9,427 nt of DNA. It comes from Octopus sinensis (lineage: Eukaryota). The notes below the pieces were generated by a model, which made no database searches, was not told where the DNA came from, and saw nothing but the letters and a program-made list of their open reading frames with translations. Position numbers and translations under genes: made by a program. The DNA is taken from contig NW_021827920.1 in NCBI RefSeq assembly GCF_006345805.1, positions 1 through 9,427 on the forward strand. The letters are read 5' to 3'. Below, piece by piece: positions 8,121 to 9,427 of this stretch. Positions within the stretch are counted from its first letter, which is position 1. Each line of letters begins with the position of its first letter.

Positions 8121-8290
8121 TATATTAAGATGATATTTGGAAAAAAATTAACGTAAGTTGGATGTATGTTAGTATATTTAGACTGTTTGGAATGTAACTA
8201 AAGGCATATTTGTATTATTCAAGAATGGTACCAGGAATGTAGTAAAAAGCAAATATTGATATAATGCGATCACAAAATAAACACAAATTA
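8121..8290. repeat. ~48-bp minisatellite, degenerate block
   Basis: TATATTAAGATGATATTTGGAA... and TTAGTATATTTAGACTGTTTGGAATGTAACTAAAGGCA match the consensus. Confidence 0.65.
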
Positions 8291-8291
8291 A

Positions 8292-8681
8292 GGAGGAGGA
8301 GGAAGCACTCCGTTGGTTACGACGATGAGGGTTCTGGTTGATCTGAATAAATGGAACAGCCTGCTCGTGAAATTAATGTGTAAGTGGCTGAGCACTCTCA
8401 CAACATGTGCACCCTTACGTAGTTCTCGGGGATATTCAGCGTGACACAGAGATGACAAGGCCGGCCCCTTGAAATACAGGTAACAAAGAAACAGAAGTAA
8501 GAGTGAGAGAAAGTTGTGGTGAAGAGTACAGCAGGGATCACCATCATCCCCTGCCGGAGCCTTGTGGAGCTTTTAGGTGTTTTCGCTCAATAAACACTCA
8601 CAACGCCCAGTCTGGGAATCAAAACCGCGATCCTATGACCGCGAGTCCACTGCCCTAACCACTGGGCCATTGCACCTCCAC
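8292..8681 (-). mobile_element. tRNA-derived SINE, same family as 3247-3638, (TCC)n tail, 13-bp TSD
   Basis: Colinear with 3247-3638. TSD AAACACAAATTAA (8279-8291) / AAACAAAAATTAA (8682-8694), one mismatch. Confidence 0.9.
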
Positions 8682-8782
8682 AAACAAAAATTAAATTTCG
8701 GTGTTGAAGTGAATCTAACGGTTTTTGTGTGTTTTTTTAAATGGCTTATAAAACCTTCCACGTGGCAAAAGACAGCTATATA

Positions 8783-9095
8783 TTGGTATATTAGTATGGT
8801 GTTTGGTACGTAAATAAAGACATAGGTATATAAAAACAGTGTTTAGTATATTAAGATGGTGTTTGCTGCATTTACATGGTTTTTGGAACATACCGAGCTG
8901 TTATATGGAACATAACTTCAAGCAAATATATATCTGTATATACTAATATTGGTATATTAAAACAGTGTTTGGAACTTAACAATGGACAAAGAAATATATC
9001 GGTACTACAAGATGGTGTTTGGGACTCAGCAAGAGACAAATATATGGTGCTTGGAACACAATAAAAGATATATATGTCATTAGTGTACTAAGATG
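8783..9095. repeat. ~48-bp minisatellite, last block
   Basis: TTGGTATATTAGTATGGTGTTTGG (8783), TTGGTATATTAAAACAGTGTTTGGAAC (8949) and TCGGTACTACAAGATGGTGTTTGGGAC (8999). Confidence 0.75.
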
Positions 9096-9188
9096 TGTGC
9101 ATGTATATACATACATATTACACAGCACACACACACACACACAACACACACACATTATATATATTATATAATATATATATATATATAT
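9096..9188. repeat. Mixed (TG)/(TA)/(CA) dinucleotide microsatellite
   Basis: Directly visible. Confidence 0.9.
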
Positions 9189-9218
9189 CGCGAGAAAGAA
9201 GCACAAGAATGGATAGGT

Positions 9219-9309
9219 TTTTAGTACGATCGTTTCATACAAGGACAGGTTTTATTAAAAGTTGCAAAGATTACAGCATATAAACGAGTCCCGTACTCAT
9301 CAGCTAAAA
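9219..9309 (-). ncRNA. Type I hammerhead ribozyme motif, intact core, extended helix II
   Basis: Minus strand: helix I TTTTAG (9309-9304)/CTAAAA (9224-9219). CTGATGA at 9303-9297. Helix II GTACGGGAC (9296-9288)/GTCCTTGTAT (9246-9237) closes a 41-nt insert. GAAA at 9236-9233. Helix III palindrome ACGATCGT. Predicted cleavage after GUA, between 9225 and 9224. Confidence 0.85.
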
Positions 9310-9313
9310 TACA

Positions 9314-9403
9314 TTTTAGCTGATGAGTATGGGACTCTGTTATATGCTGTAATCTTGGCAACTTTTAATAAAACCTGTCCTTGTATGAACGATCGTACTA
9401 AAA
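9314..9403 (+). ncRNA. Mirror-image type I hammerhead motif with one A missing from GAAA (probably inactive)
   Basis: TTTTAG-CTGATGA (9320-9326)-GTATGGGAC...GTCCTTGTAT-GAA (9387-9389)-CGATC-GTA-CTAAAA. Confidence 0.7.
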
Positions 9404-9427
9404 ACCTATCCATTCTTGTTGCTTCTT

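Larger units (their letters stand above)
9196..9427. repeat. Fold-back inverted repeat, ~115-bp arms, 2-nt loop (AC 9311-9312); may extend past the window
   Basis: 9196-9310 versus revcomp of 9313-9427 shows about 6 differences. Confidence 0.97.

Overview
Repeat-saturated, AT-rich eukaryotic DNA, probably intronic. The repeat families and microsatellite load look like an octopus/cephalopod genome (inference from recalled repeat sequences, not a search). No ORF in the supplied track is a credible intact host gene: they are microsatellite read-throughs, SINE translations or decayed transposon fragments. Contents: (i) a dead Tc1/mariner transposase interrupted by a TTAA/CCC piggyBac-type MITE; (ii) a ~700 bp (CAT/CAC)n array; (iii) one candidate 153-nt minus-strand exon with stops in all three frames, bracketed by inverted retroposon copies; (iv) several tRNA-derived SINEs, including a nested insertion, a 215-bp tandem duplication and a head-to-tail trimer inside one 16-bp TSD; (v) two R4/Dong-like LINE fragments in a (TAA)n tract; (vi) a degenerate ~48-bp minisatellite forming the backbone of 3766-9095. 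The most interesting signal is three type I hammerhead ribozyme motifs with minimal palindromic helix III. One lies at 4531-4578 (+). The other two form a head-to-head pair making a ~115-bp-arm fold-back at 9196-9427, with an intact core on the minus strand and a one-base core deletion on the plus strand.
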